IMG/VR virus record: IMGVR_UViG_3300037067_007848
Location: 32,001-96,000 of that record
Length of the DNA: 64,000 nucleotides
Reading direction: 5' to 3' (one strand)
Source: a virus
Taxonomy: Duplodnaviria > Caudoviricetes
Shown here one piece after another: positions 1 to 9,243 of the stretch. Both the position numbers and the translations under genes were made by a program. Numbering within the stretch: the first letter of the stretch is position 1; each line of letters starts with the position of its first letter. The notes below the pieces were generated by a model. The model ran no database searches and had not been told where the DNA came from. It worked only from the letters and a program-made list of their open reading frames with translations.

Positions 1-145
1 CTATGCCACAAATGTTCAAAGTATTGTGCGATATGCCACACAAAGAATGCAAAGATTAGAAGACTTATCAGAGGGAATTCAAAATTTGGCACTTGCAATT
101 AAGTCGGTTGGATATATGAAACAACAACTTAATAAGAATTTATAA
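1..145 (+). CDS. Partial CDS (C-terminal end of a helical hypothetical protein)
   Basis: Open frame from position 2 (YATNVQSIVRYATQRMQRLEDL...NKNL) to TAA at 143-145; truncated by the window edge. Confidence 0.65.
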   Translation, partial: YATNVQSIVRYATQRMQRLEDLSEGIQNLALAIKSVGYMKQQLNKNL

Positions 146-158
146 TAGAAATCTACAA

Positions 159-554
159 ATGGAAAATATATTTAAATTATTTCTTACTGACTACTTACTT
201 ACAACAATAAAAAAAGATTTGGAGGATGATCCTTTATATCTACCACAACCAAATACTAATAATAGAATAAATGTTATTCTTTTGGACAAAGTTATTCATT
301 CGATTTCAATTAAAAAAGGATATATCAACGAAAATAGACATAATGTTGTTGCTAGAGGAATAGATTTATTAATATTTAATTTTATTAAAACAATCCACGA
401 TAATATTTTTACTAATCGTCAATATCAAATTAATATACCTGATAAGAGTCGAATTAGCCCAACTGAAGACAATATAATTTGGAAGATTGAAGAAGATGTA
501 GATAAATATATTATAACATGTAAAATCTGGGAAATAATTATAAATAATAAATAG
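159..554 (+). CDS. Hypothetical protein
   Basis: 131-aa ORF co-oriented in the operon; no motif recognised. Confidence 0.55.
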   Translation: MENIFKLFLTDYLLTTIKKDLEDDPLYLPQPNTNNRINVILLDKVIHSISIKKGYINENRHNVVARGIDLLIFNFIKTIHDNIFTNRQYQINIPDKSRISPTEDNIIWKIEEDVDKYIITCKIWEIIINNK

Positions 555-562
555 GAGAAATA

Positions 563-1111
563 ATGTTAGAAAAAGAAGATATTAAATTAATTAAAAATAT
601 TGTGTCCGAAATAGTATTAGCGAAAATACCCACTAATACCCAAATTAAAAAACCACGGAAAAAAGCCGTTAAAAAAGTTGTCAAAAAATCAGTAAAAGCA
701 CCAAAAACATCCAAAAAAATAACGACACAAAAAAAATCACCCAATATTATATCTCCTCAACCAATTCGTTTAAATGGAAAAAGAGAAGGAATAAATAATC
801 GAGTTAATAGGGCTAGTGAATTAGAGGGGAGGGGGCATAATTATGGCCGAACTGAGGCATTTCAATTTGTAAAAAATCGCCCCAATCTTTTCCTATCTAG
901 TGACGTGCGAAATATGCACAAAGAAGACGTTAAAATAGATAAAATATTAAATAAAAACAAACAAACAATACAAAGGCGTGAGGCGGTCCAAATGTATTCA
1001 GTTGATTGTATCCGATGTGGCAAAGAATTTGTTGTTACATACGATATAATTCCATTTGATGCCGAAACAAACGAACCAAACTATATTTGCGATAGTTGTG
1101 TAAGGAGATAA
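563..1111 (+). CDS. Basic Lys-rich protein with C-terminal zinc ribbon
   Basis: KKPRKKAVKKVVKKSVKAPK stretch; CIRC...CDSC at the C-terminus; AGGAG SD upstream. Confidence 0.75.
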   Translation: MLEKEDIKLIKNIVSEIVLAKIPTNTQIKKPRKKAVKKVVKKSVKAPKTSKKITTQKKSPNIISPQPIRLNGKREGINNRVNRASELEGRGHNYGRTEAFQFVKNRPNLFLSSDVRNMHKEDVKIDKILNKNKQTIQRREAVQMYSVDCIRCGKEFVVTYDIIPFDAETNEPNYICDSCVRR

Positions 1112-1112
1112 T

Positions 1113-2579
1113 TTGTCAACACTTTTTGCCGATTTAGCATCTGAGAGGGCAATTTTAGCGGGAATTTGCCGATACCACGAAAAAGCATATTATGACGTTG
1201 TTGATATTATACAGGAATCGTCATTTAATTCGGACTTAAATCGTTATATTTATCAAAGTATTAAGTCTATATTTAATAAACAAAATAATGCCCGATTAGA
1301 TATTCCCACACTTCAATCAGCCGCCCAAGAACTTGGATTGGGCTATTTATTTGCCAAAAAAGACGACGTTCAATATTTACAGGCCCTATTTGAATTTCCA
1401 ATTGACTTAGATAATGTTCGCAAATTTGCCGCTAAAATTCGTAAATTAGAAATTGGCAAACTATTATATTCTCAACTTGAAGACGCCCAGCAAACTTTAT
1501 CCAAAATTAATGGAAGTGAATCTGTTTCATCTATTTTAAGTATCGCAGAAGAAAAGATATTTAATTTTTCCTCCTTGTTAAATAATAAATCCGAAGATAC
1601 AGAACTACTGGGTGAAGATGCCGAACAAATTTTACAAAATTTAATTGATAATCCTGTAACACAAGTTGGTATTCCAACTGGACTACCCGCTTTTGATAAA
1701 ATGATTGGTGGCGGACTACGAGAAGGATCTGTAAGTGTAATTTCGGCACGAATTAAACAAGGGAAAAGTATGTTGGCCGATAATATTGGGCGACATATTG
1801 CCGAAAATTATTGCCCCGTTCTTAATTTAGATACCGAAATGCTTAGGGAAGATCATTTATATCGAACATTGGCGTCAATGACCGAAATTCCTATTAACGA
1901 TATAGAAACTGGTAGTTTTGCTAAAAATCCACATAATAAAATTAAAGTTCAACAGGCGGCAAAAATATTATCAAAAACGCCATATCATCATAAAAATATA
2001 CGCGGATTATCATTTGAAGATCAATTGTCTATAATACGACGGTGGATGGCACAATACGTAGGGTTTAATACGGATGGGACGGCCAAAAAATGTGTTATTA
2101 TATATGATTATATTAAATTAATGGATACAGTGGATTTGGGCAAAAATATGGCCGAGCACCAACTTATCGGTTTTATGATGACATCTATGCACAATTTTGC
2201 CACACATTATAAAGTACCATTTCTTGCCTTTTGCCAGCAAAATAGAGATGGTATCACTAAAGAAGACACAGGAACGGCATCTCAATCTGACAGAATTCTT
2301 TGGTTGTGCGATAATTTTAGTATATTCAAAACAAAATCGGACGAAGAACGATCTGAAGATGGGTCGAAATCTGGAAATAAAAAGTTAATTGTTTTGGTGT
2401 CTCGGCATGGAGGGGGGTGTGAATTCGGTAATTATATCAACCTTCATATGAATGGTTGTTGTGGCAAAATTACAGAGGGAAAAACAAAATTTGAATTAGA
2501 ATTAGATAAAGGAAATCATTTAGACGAAGGGTTTAAAACTGAAGGAAATGACGATGATATTCCTTTTGATCCCGATTAA
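1113..2579 (+). CDS. dnaB: Replicative DNA helicase, DnaB family
   Basis: N-terminal SERAILAGI, GIPTG..FDKMIGGG, Walker A ARIKQGKS, DTEM, Walker B IIYDYIKL, QQNR motif, acidic DDDIPF tail; TTG start. Confidence 0.93.
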   Translation: MSTLFADLASERAILAGICRYHEKAYYDVVDIIQESSFNSDLNRYIYQSIKSIFNKQNNARLDIPTLQSAAQELGLGYLFAKKDDVQYLQALFEFPIDLDNVRKFAAKIRKLEIGKLLYSQLEDAQQTLSKINGSESVSSILSIAEEKIFNFSSLLNNKSEDTELLGEDAEQILQNLIDNPVTQVGIPTGLPAFDKMIGGGLREGSVSVISARIKQGKSMLADNIGRHIAENYCPVLNLDTEMLREDHLYRTLASMTEIPINDIETGSFAKNPHNKIKVQQAAKILSKTPYHHKNIRGLSFEDQLSIIRRWMAQYVGFNTDGTAKKCVIIYDYIKLMDTVDLGKNMAEHQLIGFMMTSMHNFATHYKVPFLAFCQQNRDGITKEDTGTASQSDRILWLCDNFSIFKTKSDEERSEDGSKSGNKKLIVLVSRHGGGCEFGNYINLHMNGCCGKITEGKTKFELELDKGNHLDEGFKTEGNDDDIPFDPD

Positions 2580-3728
2580 ATGAAAAATAAATTTATTGAA
2601 CAGGAAAAATTATATGCCATATCAATTAATATTATGGCAAGGATTGAGGATATTCTACAATGTCTTGGCGTAGAATTACGGGATGGTCGAAAAATGTTGG
2701 TCGGCCCCTGTCCAATACACGGCGGGGATAAATATAACGCCTTTAATTTATATACCGAGGAAGATAGTATTGGGGCTTGGAAATGTCGCACTCATAATTG
2801 CCATCGTTATTTCGCTGGAAATATCATAGGATTTATTCGTGGCGTTTTATCAAGACAAAAGTGTGGGTGGTCAAAAAATGGGGATGAAATTTATTCATTT
2901 GCCAATACTCTAAAGTTTATCTCCGAATGCCTAAACGAAGATTTTTCTTCTATTAAAGTAAATTCGGACAAAATGGAACAACGGCGATTTATAAATTATT
3001 CACGATATTTTCAAAAATTTCAACCAATTAAAAATGGGACAACTAGGGAAGATATTCGGAAAATATTAACAATTCCTTGTCCCTATTTTATTAAACGTAA
3101 TTTTTTGCCCGAAACATTGGATTATTTTGACATTGGGACATGTAATACGCCATCCAATACTTTGTTTAATTCGTCGGTTGTCCCCATTTATGATTTAGAG
3201 AAAAAATTTGTTATTGGAACCAGTGCCCGTTCAATTTGGGAAAAATGTACAAAATGCGGGACATGGCATAACCCCAAAAGAGGTTGCCCAAATTATTTTG
3301 AAATAGATAAATATTCTAAGTGGAGACACTCAAATTTCAAGAGAAATACATCCGTTTACAATTACTGGAATGCCGCCCGCGATATTTATAGGACAAAAGT
3401 ATGTATTTTGACCGAATCACCAGGAAATGTTTGGGCATTACAACAGGCTGGATTGCCAATTGGGCTTGCGACCTATGGAACGGCATTGGACGATAACCAA
3501 ATTCGACTATTAAATATGACTGGGGCACTTTCCATAATATTAATCGGCGACAATGATAAAGCGGGACATGAATTTAACGTGATAAATACACAAAAATTGC
3601 GGTCTATGTTTGATATTCATACAATTATTCCTTGTAAAAATGATATTGGAGATATGACAATTGAGGAAATTAAACAACAAATTAAGCCAGTGTGCATCCA
3701 GTGTAAAGAAAAATGGGCGATTTTGTAA
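2580..3728 (+). CDS. dnaG: DNA primase, DnaG-like (zinc finger + TOPRIM)
   Basis: CPIHGGD...WKCRTHNC zinc-binding domain; TOPRIM LTESPGN and GDNDKAG, NDIGDM; directly follows dnaB. Confidence 0.88.
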   Translation: MKNKFIEQEKLYAISINIMARIEDILQCLGVELRDGRKMLVGPCPIHGGDKYNAFNLYTEEDSIGAWKCRTHNCHRYFAGNIIGFIRGVLSRQKCGWSKNGDEIYSFANTLKFISECLNEDFSSIKVNSDKMEQRRFINYSRYFQKFQPIKNGTTREDIRKILTIPCPYFIKRNFLPETLDYFDIGTCNTPSNTLFNSSVVPIYDLEKKFVIGTSARSIWEKCTKCGTWHNPKRGCPNYFEIDKYSKWRHSNFKRNTSVYNYWNAARDIYRTKVCILTESPGNVWALQQAGLPIGLATYGTALDDNQIRLLNMTGALSIILIGDNDKAGHEFNVINTQKLRSMFDIHTIIPCKNDIGDMTIEEIKQQIKPVCIQCKEKWAIL

Positions 3729-3735
3729 ATAATGC

Positions 3736-3763
3736 TTGACAAATGGCCGATATAGGCTATAAT
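3736..3763 (+). promoter_or_regulatory. Sigma70-type promoter (TTGACA-N16-TATAAT)
   Basis: Exact consensus -35 at 3736-3741 and -10 at 3758-3763 in intergenic DNA. Confidence 0.85.
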
Positions 3764-3772
3764 ATAGTCGTT

Positions 3773-3949
3773 AGAGCAAATGAAGTTCCTCTTTTATATC
3801 AATTGGAGATTTTTACTTCTGGCTCTTTCTTACGAGGCATAGGTAGTTCCTATTAAATATTTTTACATAATAACTTACTACCCGCCTCATTTTTTTTTAG
3901 ATTTTTAGCATAGGAAGTTCCTATATTTTTATCAATTATACTTCCCGCT
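3773..3949 (+). ncRNA. Array of three tandem bulged stem-loop elements (putative small ncRNAs): 3773-3826, 3834-3888, 3907-3949
   Basis: Each unit has the form RGC-A(W)2-3-(G)GWAGT-TCCT-AT-rich loop-TACTWC(C)-bulge-GCY; stems covary (GGTAGT/ACTACC vs GGAAGT/ACTTCC; AGAGC/GCTCT vs GAGGC/GCCTC); the array starts at the predicted TSS. Confidence 0.7.
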
Positions 3950-3968
3950 TTATTTATTTGAGGAAAAT

Positions 3969-5885
3969 ATGAATAAAGAAATTATTGCCGCAACTCTTAA
4001 TCTATTCAATGGAATTGTAATTACTAAACAAGATTATGATAAGGCATCATTATCTAAATACCTAATTTGCAAAACATTTAGAGTTTGTCTGAAAAATGGA
4101 TTTATTTTATCTCCATCAATCTATCTTCAGTATAAAAAAGATATTGTTGAAATATTATCACAAATTGACGATACTGTTGGAATTAATGGAAAAAATCTTA
4201 ACACGGCATTTCATAAATCCTGGGAAAAGGTTTGTGATTCTTCGATTGAACAATTAGTTTTAGAGCAATTTGTACATTATTTTACAACATACGGATTTGA
4301 ATCGTTAGGGATTGATAATGATATTGTCTACATTCCAACAGAAAAATTAAAAATTCCAAAAGTTAAAATAGATAGAATACCATTGACTATAATTCACGGA
4401 TATACCTTAGATGAAATTAAATCTAAAATTTCCGCCCTTCTATCTTCAGGAATTGCACTATCCGAAAAAACCATTCAAGATTTAGTTTTGTTGATTAAAT
4501 ATTACAAATTTTTTAATGCCACCGATTTAGCAAATATTAAAAATAAAGAAATACGTGTTATATTATATAAAGAATTGAATATTATTCCAGCTAACAATGT
4601 TGAATTTCTACGATTTTTAATTTACATTTCTACTGGAAAATCTTTACTTATTAAAAACAAAGAAACAATCGAAAGTATTAAGTCGGGAAGTTTAGATGTT
4701 GATGTATTTAATTGTCTTAATACATATATAAAAATGTATGGAATAGAGCGTTTAGGGGAGATATTTTACAGATTTAAACCATTATTTTTGGCTTTTAAGT
4801 TCAATGATTGTCAACCTATTATCAATAGAATACGCCGATCGGCAAAACAAAATCATAAACCATTAATACCCGATTATATTAATTCGGTAACACAACTTTT
4901 AGTCAAAGACGATTTGGATTTACATAAATTATTCAACGAACTAAAAAAAGTAAATACGTTTAGAAAGATTAAATTGTTATATGCCCTAGCCATGAGAACA
5001 ATTGACTGCGGAAGTGCCGTTTATAATATTCGCAATGGAAAGACATGGACAAAATTAGTTAAAAATAATTATTCATATGAACAGGCGTCAGAAATTTATA
5101 ATATTGTCTATTCCAATTTGGTGAATGATATTTCGCCCAATATTAAAGGAAAAAAGATTTATATCCCTAAAAATATAAAATATTCCATCCCATCCACCGA
5201 AAAACAATTTGTTGATAAAATTCCCGCTGGGACACACATTAAATTTGACAATAGAATGGTTTTTGGTGTGCATTGGGCGAATCAGGATGGGCAACGTATT
5301 GATTTAGACCTTAGTTTGTTATCTCTCAACAAAAAATTTGGGTGGGATGCATATTATCGTTCTGGTAGTGATATATTATTTTCAGGAGATATGACAGATG
5401 CACCACAACCACATGGGGCATCCGAATTATTTTCAATCAGCAATACTAACGATAAACAATTTCTAGTAAGCCTAAACTACTACAATAGAGATAATGATAG
5501 TCCGAAAATTGTGCCATTTAAGTTGTTTTTGGCCAAAACATTTGATAAAAAAATGTCACATAATTACATGGTCGATCCAAACAATATTCTTACACAGTGT
5601 AATCTTGAATTATCGAGACAACAAAAATTTATTGGATTTATCAATCGAACTGGTTTTTATTTTACCAATAGTGATTTTATTCAAGGAAGAACATTGAGAG
5701 ATAACAATCATACAAAAAATATGATTAATTATTTTGTAAAATTTTACCAGAATGCACTTAGTTTAAATTATTTATTACATGATGCGGGAGCAATTATGGT
5801 TGACAACCCAGAAGATTGTGATATTAATTTAGATTTACAAAGTATAGAAAAAGACACAATAATTAATTTATTAACAAAACCATGA
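3969..5885 (+). CDS. Large helical protein with C-terminal TerD-like domain
   Basis: C-terminal GVHW..RIDLDLS..GWDAYY..ILFSGDMTDAP..GASE resembles the TerD/TerF stress-domain signature; N-terminal FHKSW..V..EQFVHYFTTYG; GAGG SD. Confidence 0.7.
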   Translation: MNKEIIAATLNLFNGIVITKQDYDKASLSKYLICKTFRVCLKNGFILSPSIYLQYKKDIVEILSQIDDTVGINGKNLNTAFHKSWEKVCDSSIEQLVLEQFVHYFTTYGFESLGIDNDIVYIPTEKLKIPKVKIDRIPLTIIHGYTLDEIKSKISALLSSGIALSEKTIQDLVLLIKYYKFFNATDLANIKNKEIRVILYKELNIIPANNVEFLRFLIYISTGKSLLIKNKETIESIKSGSLDVDVFNCLNTYIKMYGIERLGEIFYRFKPLFLAFKFNDCQPIINRIRRSAKQNHKPLIPDYINSVTQLLVKDDLDLHKLFNELKKVNTFRKIKLLYALAMRTIDCGSAVYNIRNGKTWTKLVKNNYSYEQASEIYNIVYSNLVNDISPNIKGKKIYIPKNIKYSIPSTEKQFVDKIPAGTHIKFDNRMVFGVHWANQDGQRIDLDLSLLSLNKKFGWDAYYRSGSDILFSGDMTDAPQPHGASELFSISNTNDKQFLVSLNYYNRDNDSPKIVPFKLFLAKTFDKKMSHNYMVDPNNILTQCNLELSRQQKFIGFINRTGFYFTNSDFIQGRTLRDNNHTKNMINYFVKFYQNALSLNYLLHDAGAIMVDNPEDCDINLDLQSIEKDTIINLLTKP

Positions 5886-6388
5886 AAAATCCAAATATAA
5901 TACGTGTTGGTGATTATATTCGTATTATTAATCCTGAATTATTTGTTCGATGTGGATACCCACTTACAATTAAGGTTCAGCAAGAAGATATTGAAAAACA
6001 ATTTGGGGACGATATTCGTTTGTTAATTAATAAGGTTGGACTTCAATACACATCTTTTGCAGAAAATAAAACATTTAACGAAATTTCACAATCTCTTGCC
6101 TATTATATGGTAAAACAAAAGAAATTTGGTGGAAATGAAAGAAAAATATATACAAAAACTTGTGAAGAATTAATAGAAAATGTATATAAAGTTATTAATA
6201 TAAAAATTGTAAAAACTGGGATATATTGCGTTGGTGGATATTCTGGATATGAAGGGCAGGAATGGGAACCTGCATCTTTAGAAAATCCAAAAACTCACAA
6301 AATATTAGAATTGGATATGTTTCACGAATTTCCATTTATAGAAGATAAAAATGTCAAAAAAACAATTACTACCAAAATTGATAATTAA
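5882..6388 (+). CDS. Hypothetical protein
   Basis: 168-aa ORF, ATGA-coupled to the upstream gene. Confidence 0.7.
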   Translation: MKNPNIIRVGDYIRIINPELFVRCGYPLTIKVQQEDIEKQFGDDIRLLINKVGLQYTSFAENKTFNEISQSLAYYMVKQKKFGGNERKIYTKTCEELIENVYKVINIKIVKTGIYCVGGYSGYEGQEWEPASLENPKTHKILELDMFHEFPFIEDKNVKKTITTKIDN

Positions 6389-6674
6389 TAATCTCCACGA
6401 ATTTGAATTTTGGGAGTATAAATTAAGTCATAGGAATATATGGATTGATACATTAATTATAAATATGGAATATGTTGAAAAATCAATAAAAATTCCTCAT
6501 TGTATCAATTCTTTATATTTTCCCAAACTTAAAAAATGTGATAATATTTCTTTTAGACCGACACATCTTAAAGAATACAATCAAGATTTTTACATTGCAG
6601 TGCCTTCGACGTTATCCCTAGACATTATTCCAGCGAGTTGGGTTCTAAAATATCAACTGAGATTTTATCTATGA
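6351..6674 (+). CDS. Hypothetical protein
   Basis: 107-aa ORF; its stop overlaps the methyltransferase start. Confidence 0.5.
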   Translation: MSKKQLLPKLIINNLHEFEFWEYKLSHRNIWIDTLIINMEYVEKSIKIPHCINSLYFPKLKKCDNISFRPTHLKEYNQDFYIAVPSTLSLDIIPASWVLKYQLRFYL

Positions 6675-7429
6675 TAAATAATCTTTTTTGCGATGATTGT
6701 TTTAATGTTTTACCCAAAATAGATAATAAATCCATTGATTTGATAATTTGCGATCCACCATATGGTTCAACGCCACTGAAATGGGACAAACAATTAGATT
6801 TCAACAGATTATGGGCGGAATATAAAAGGATTATCAAAGATAATGGGGTAATACTTATTTTTGGGCAAGAACCCTTTTCTAGTTATGTTCGCCTATCTAA
6901 TATAGAATGGTTTAAGTATGACTGGTATTGGCAAAAAGAAAGACTTACCAATGTATTTCAAGTTAAACGCCGTCCTGGGAAAGTTATTGAAACCATTAGT
7001 GTTTTTTATAAAAATCAACCCACATTTAATCATGTAAAAACAATTTATGAAGGAAGGAAGGTTTCAAATAAAATTGGCGAAAATGCCCGATTTTCTCAAA
7101 CAATGTCCGCAAATGCAAAAAATAAACCACTGGAATATATAGATGATGGAACTAGGTATCCTTTACAATTGTTAAAAATAAATCGTGATAATTGTCGTAA
7201 AAATATACACCCCACACAAAAACCGCTGGAATTGTGCGAATATTTTATAAATACCTACACTAATGAAGGTAATGTAGTTTTAGACAATTGTATGGGTTCG
7301 GGCGGGACTATATTAGCCAGCCTAAAGTTAAACCGACAATATATTGGAATAGAAAAAAACAACAACTATTACAACTTAGCATTAAACCGAATAAATCAAT
7401 ATAAATATGATAATTATACTAAACAATAA
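6671..7429 (+). CDS. DNA N6-adenine/N4-cytosine methyltransferase (beta class)
   Basis: DPPY catalytic motif, HPTQKP, SAM-binding VLDNCMGSG; ATG at 6671 overlaps the upstream TGA. Confidence 0.93.
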   Translation: MINNLFCDDCFNVLPKIDNKSIDLIICDPPYGSTPLKWDKQLDFNRLWAEYKRIIKDNGVILIFGQEPFSSYVRLSNIEWFKYDWYWQKERLTNVFQVKRRPGKVIETISVFYKNQPTFNHVKTIYEGRKVSNKIGENARFSQTMSANAKNKPLEYIDDGTRYPLQLLKINRDNCRKNIHPTQKPLELCEYFINTYTNEGNVVLDNCMGSGGTILASLKLNRQYIGIEKNNNYYNLALNRINQYKYDNYTKQ

Positions 7430-7748
7430 CGAAGATTTAAACCGGCAAATCTTATCTAAAATGGGTAACGAGGACAAAACAAATGTCCTTGGTGTAAAAG
7501 ATATTTTTGAATGCCAATTAGCCCTGATGGATACCGAATGCGACCTTTTGATTATTGACGCAGATTATGAGGACAAATCGGATATTTTGTGTAATTGGAT
7601 AGTAAAAAACAACACATTTATTAAACATATTATTATTTTTGCAAAATCGGGTATTTCAGATCAAAATGTGAAAATTCTAAAACGCGGACAATATAAAGTA
7701 AGTGTAATGAAAATACAACAGTTTAGGGCAGGTTTAGAGAAAATATAA
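7407..7748 (+). CDS. Receiver-like (REC fold) small protein, degenerate
   Basis: Beta/alpha pattern MIIIL...CDLLIIDADY...WIVKN..HIIIF resembles stand-alone phage receiver domains. Confidence 0.45.
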   Translation: MIIILNNNEDLNRQILSKMGNEDKTNVLGVKDIFECQLALMDTECDLLIIDADYEDKSDILCNWIVKNNTFIKHIIIFAKSGISDQNVKILKRGQYKVSVMKIQQFRAGLEKI

Positions 7749-7756
7749 TATTAGAG

Positions 7757-8041
7757 ATGTCAATAATTATGAATACAAAAATAAAATGTATAATTTGTGA
7801 AAAAGAATTAGAAATATTACATTATGATATTAAAAATAAAGGACATCACTTATGTAACAATGCAAATATAGCCGATTTTACTGTTGGTTATGGTTCACGA
7901 TTTGATACTAATAATTATATTTTTGGTTTATGTGATGATTGTTTAGAAATAAAACTGAAAAAAGGCATTCTTATAAACAACCCATATGAAGTTATAGATC
8001 AAACAAATGACCAATTTATAATACTTGAAAATAAAATATAA
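7757..8041 (+). CDS. Small zinc-binding hypothetical protein
   Basis: CIIC...GYGSRFD...LCDDC. Confidence 0.7.
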   Translation: MSIIMNTKIKCIICEKELEILHYDIKNKGHHLCNNANIADFTVGYGSRFDTNNYIFGLCDDCLEIKLKKGILINNPYEVIDQTNDQFIILENKI

Positions 8042-8051
8042 AGGAAAAGAT

Positions 8052-8930
8052 ATGAATCAAACAATTATTGGTTTGGCTGGGCGAAAATCATCTGGGAAAA
8101 ACACCTTTGCCAATTTTATGGTCGGGGCCTATATGGTCGGACTAGGTATTTCTCGCTCGTTTAACATTCTTGAGGACGGACAATTATATATATCGGATAT
8201 TGACGAAATTGAAAATACCGATGGGATTTTTGATTATTATAGGCAAACTGCCTCAATAGACGAATTTAAGAAAAATCGGCTCGACCCATTTATTAAATTG
8301 TATAGTTTTGCCGATTTATTAAAGAAAAATGTTTGTATGAACATACTTGGACTTTCATATGAACAGTGTTATGGGACAAATGAACAAAAAAACCAATTGA
8401 CGGACTTATTATGGGAAGATATGCCAGGAGTTATCACAGAGGTATATGTAAAAAATGTTGAAATAACTAATATAACTGGCAATTATGAAAATGGGGACTT
8501 AATAACTCCTATGGAGTGCCAATATGAACACTACTATCATTCTTCTGGGCAAATGACCGCCCGTGAAGTTCTCCAATATGTCGGGACAAATATTTTCCGC
8601 AAAATGTCTGGCAATGTGTGGGTTTCGGCGTTATTTCGACAAATTCAAAAAGATAATGCTAAAGTAGTAATAATTACTGATTGTCGTTTTCCCAATGAGG
8701 TATATGGAATTCAAGATCGTGGCGGGAAAGTTGTATATCTAACGCGAAATCCCTATAATGATACACACGCGAGCGAAACGGCCCTAGACAAAGAAAATTT
8801 CGACCATTCTAAATTCGCCCATATCCTTCAAAATGATAAAATGACAATTGACCAACAAAATAGTGAGGTTTGTCAACTCATGTTAAAATGGGGAATATTA
8901 CCAAAAGAATTGGAGACTAAAAAATTATGA
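8052..8930 (+). CDS. Deoxynucleoside monophosphate kinase (T4 gp1-like)
   Basis: P-loop GLAGRKSSGKNT, FADLLK, REVLQYVGT, ITDCRFPNE, HASE; AAGGA SD before the ATG at 8052. Confidence 0.88.
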   Translation: MNQTIIGLAGRKSSGKNTFANFMVGAYMVGLGISRSFNILEDGQLYISDIDEIENTDGIFDYYRQTASIDEFKKNRLDPFIKLYSFADLLKKNVCMNILGLSYEQCYGTNEQKNQLTDLLWEDMPGVITEVYVKNVEITNITGNYENGDLITPMECQYEHYYHSSGQMTAREVLQYVGTNIFRKMSGNVWVSALFRQIQKDNAKVVIITDCRFPNEVYGIQDRGGKVVYLTRNPYNDTHASETALDKENFDHSKFAHILQNDKMTIDQQNSEVCQLMLKWGILPKELETKKL

Positions 8931-9234
8931 AAAAATATAAAATTATTTTTTGTTGTAGTATTTTCCTATCTATCACCATTCTAATATTTGGTTTTTATAA
9001 AAACGCCAATCAAACTCCCGAAATTATTCCTGCTGGACAATTTGTAGACTGTATTTATACCCCAGTGGATTTAGCCACCCAAATATATCTATTGTAGAAA
9101 CCACAATTGGTGAGTTCAATATTAAAAATTATCTTATTAGTGGTATTAAGGGCGAACAATGTTTTGTTTATAAATATCCCGATTCAATGTATTTTTATAT
9201 CGAAGGCCATAATAAAACTTTTCAAATAGAATAA
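8927..9234 (+). pseudogene. Small membrane-anchored protein gene interrupted by a 1-nt frameshift near 9060
   Basis: MKKYKIIFCCSIFLSITILIFG... frame stops at TAG about 9097; the -1 frame continues PSGFSHPNISIVETT...FQIE to TAA 9234; junction at a C4 run. Confidence 0.5.
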
Positions 9235-9243
9235 TAGTTAAAA

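Noticed and set aside
3914-3925. GAAGTTCCTATA matches one arm of the yeast FRT site
   Set aside because: There is no second arm with an 8-bp spacer and no vector context; it is part of the natural hairpin motif, so coincidental.
3773-3949. Mini-CRISPR array (a Cas4-like nuclease lies 6 kb away)
   Set aside because: The units are not identical direct repeats with unique spacers; conservation is in paired stems around the variable part, and there is no cas operon.
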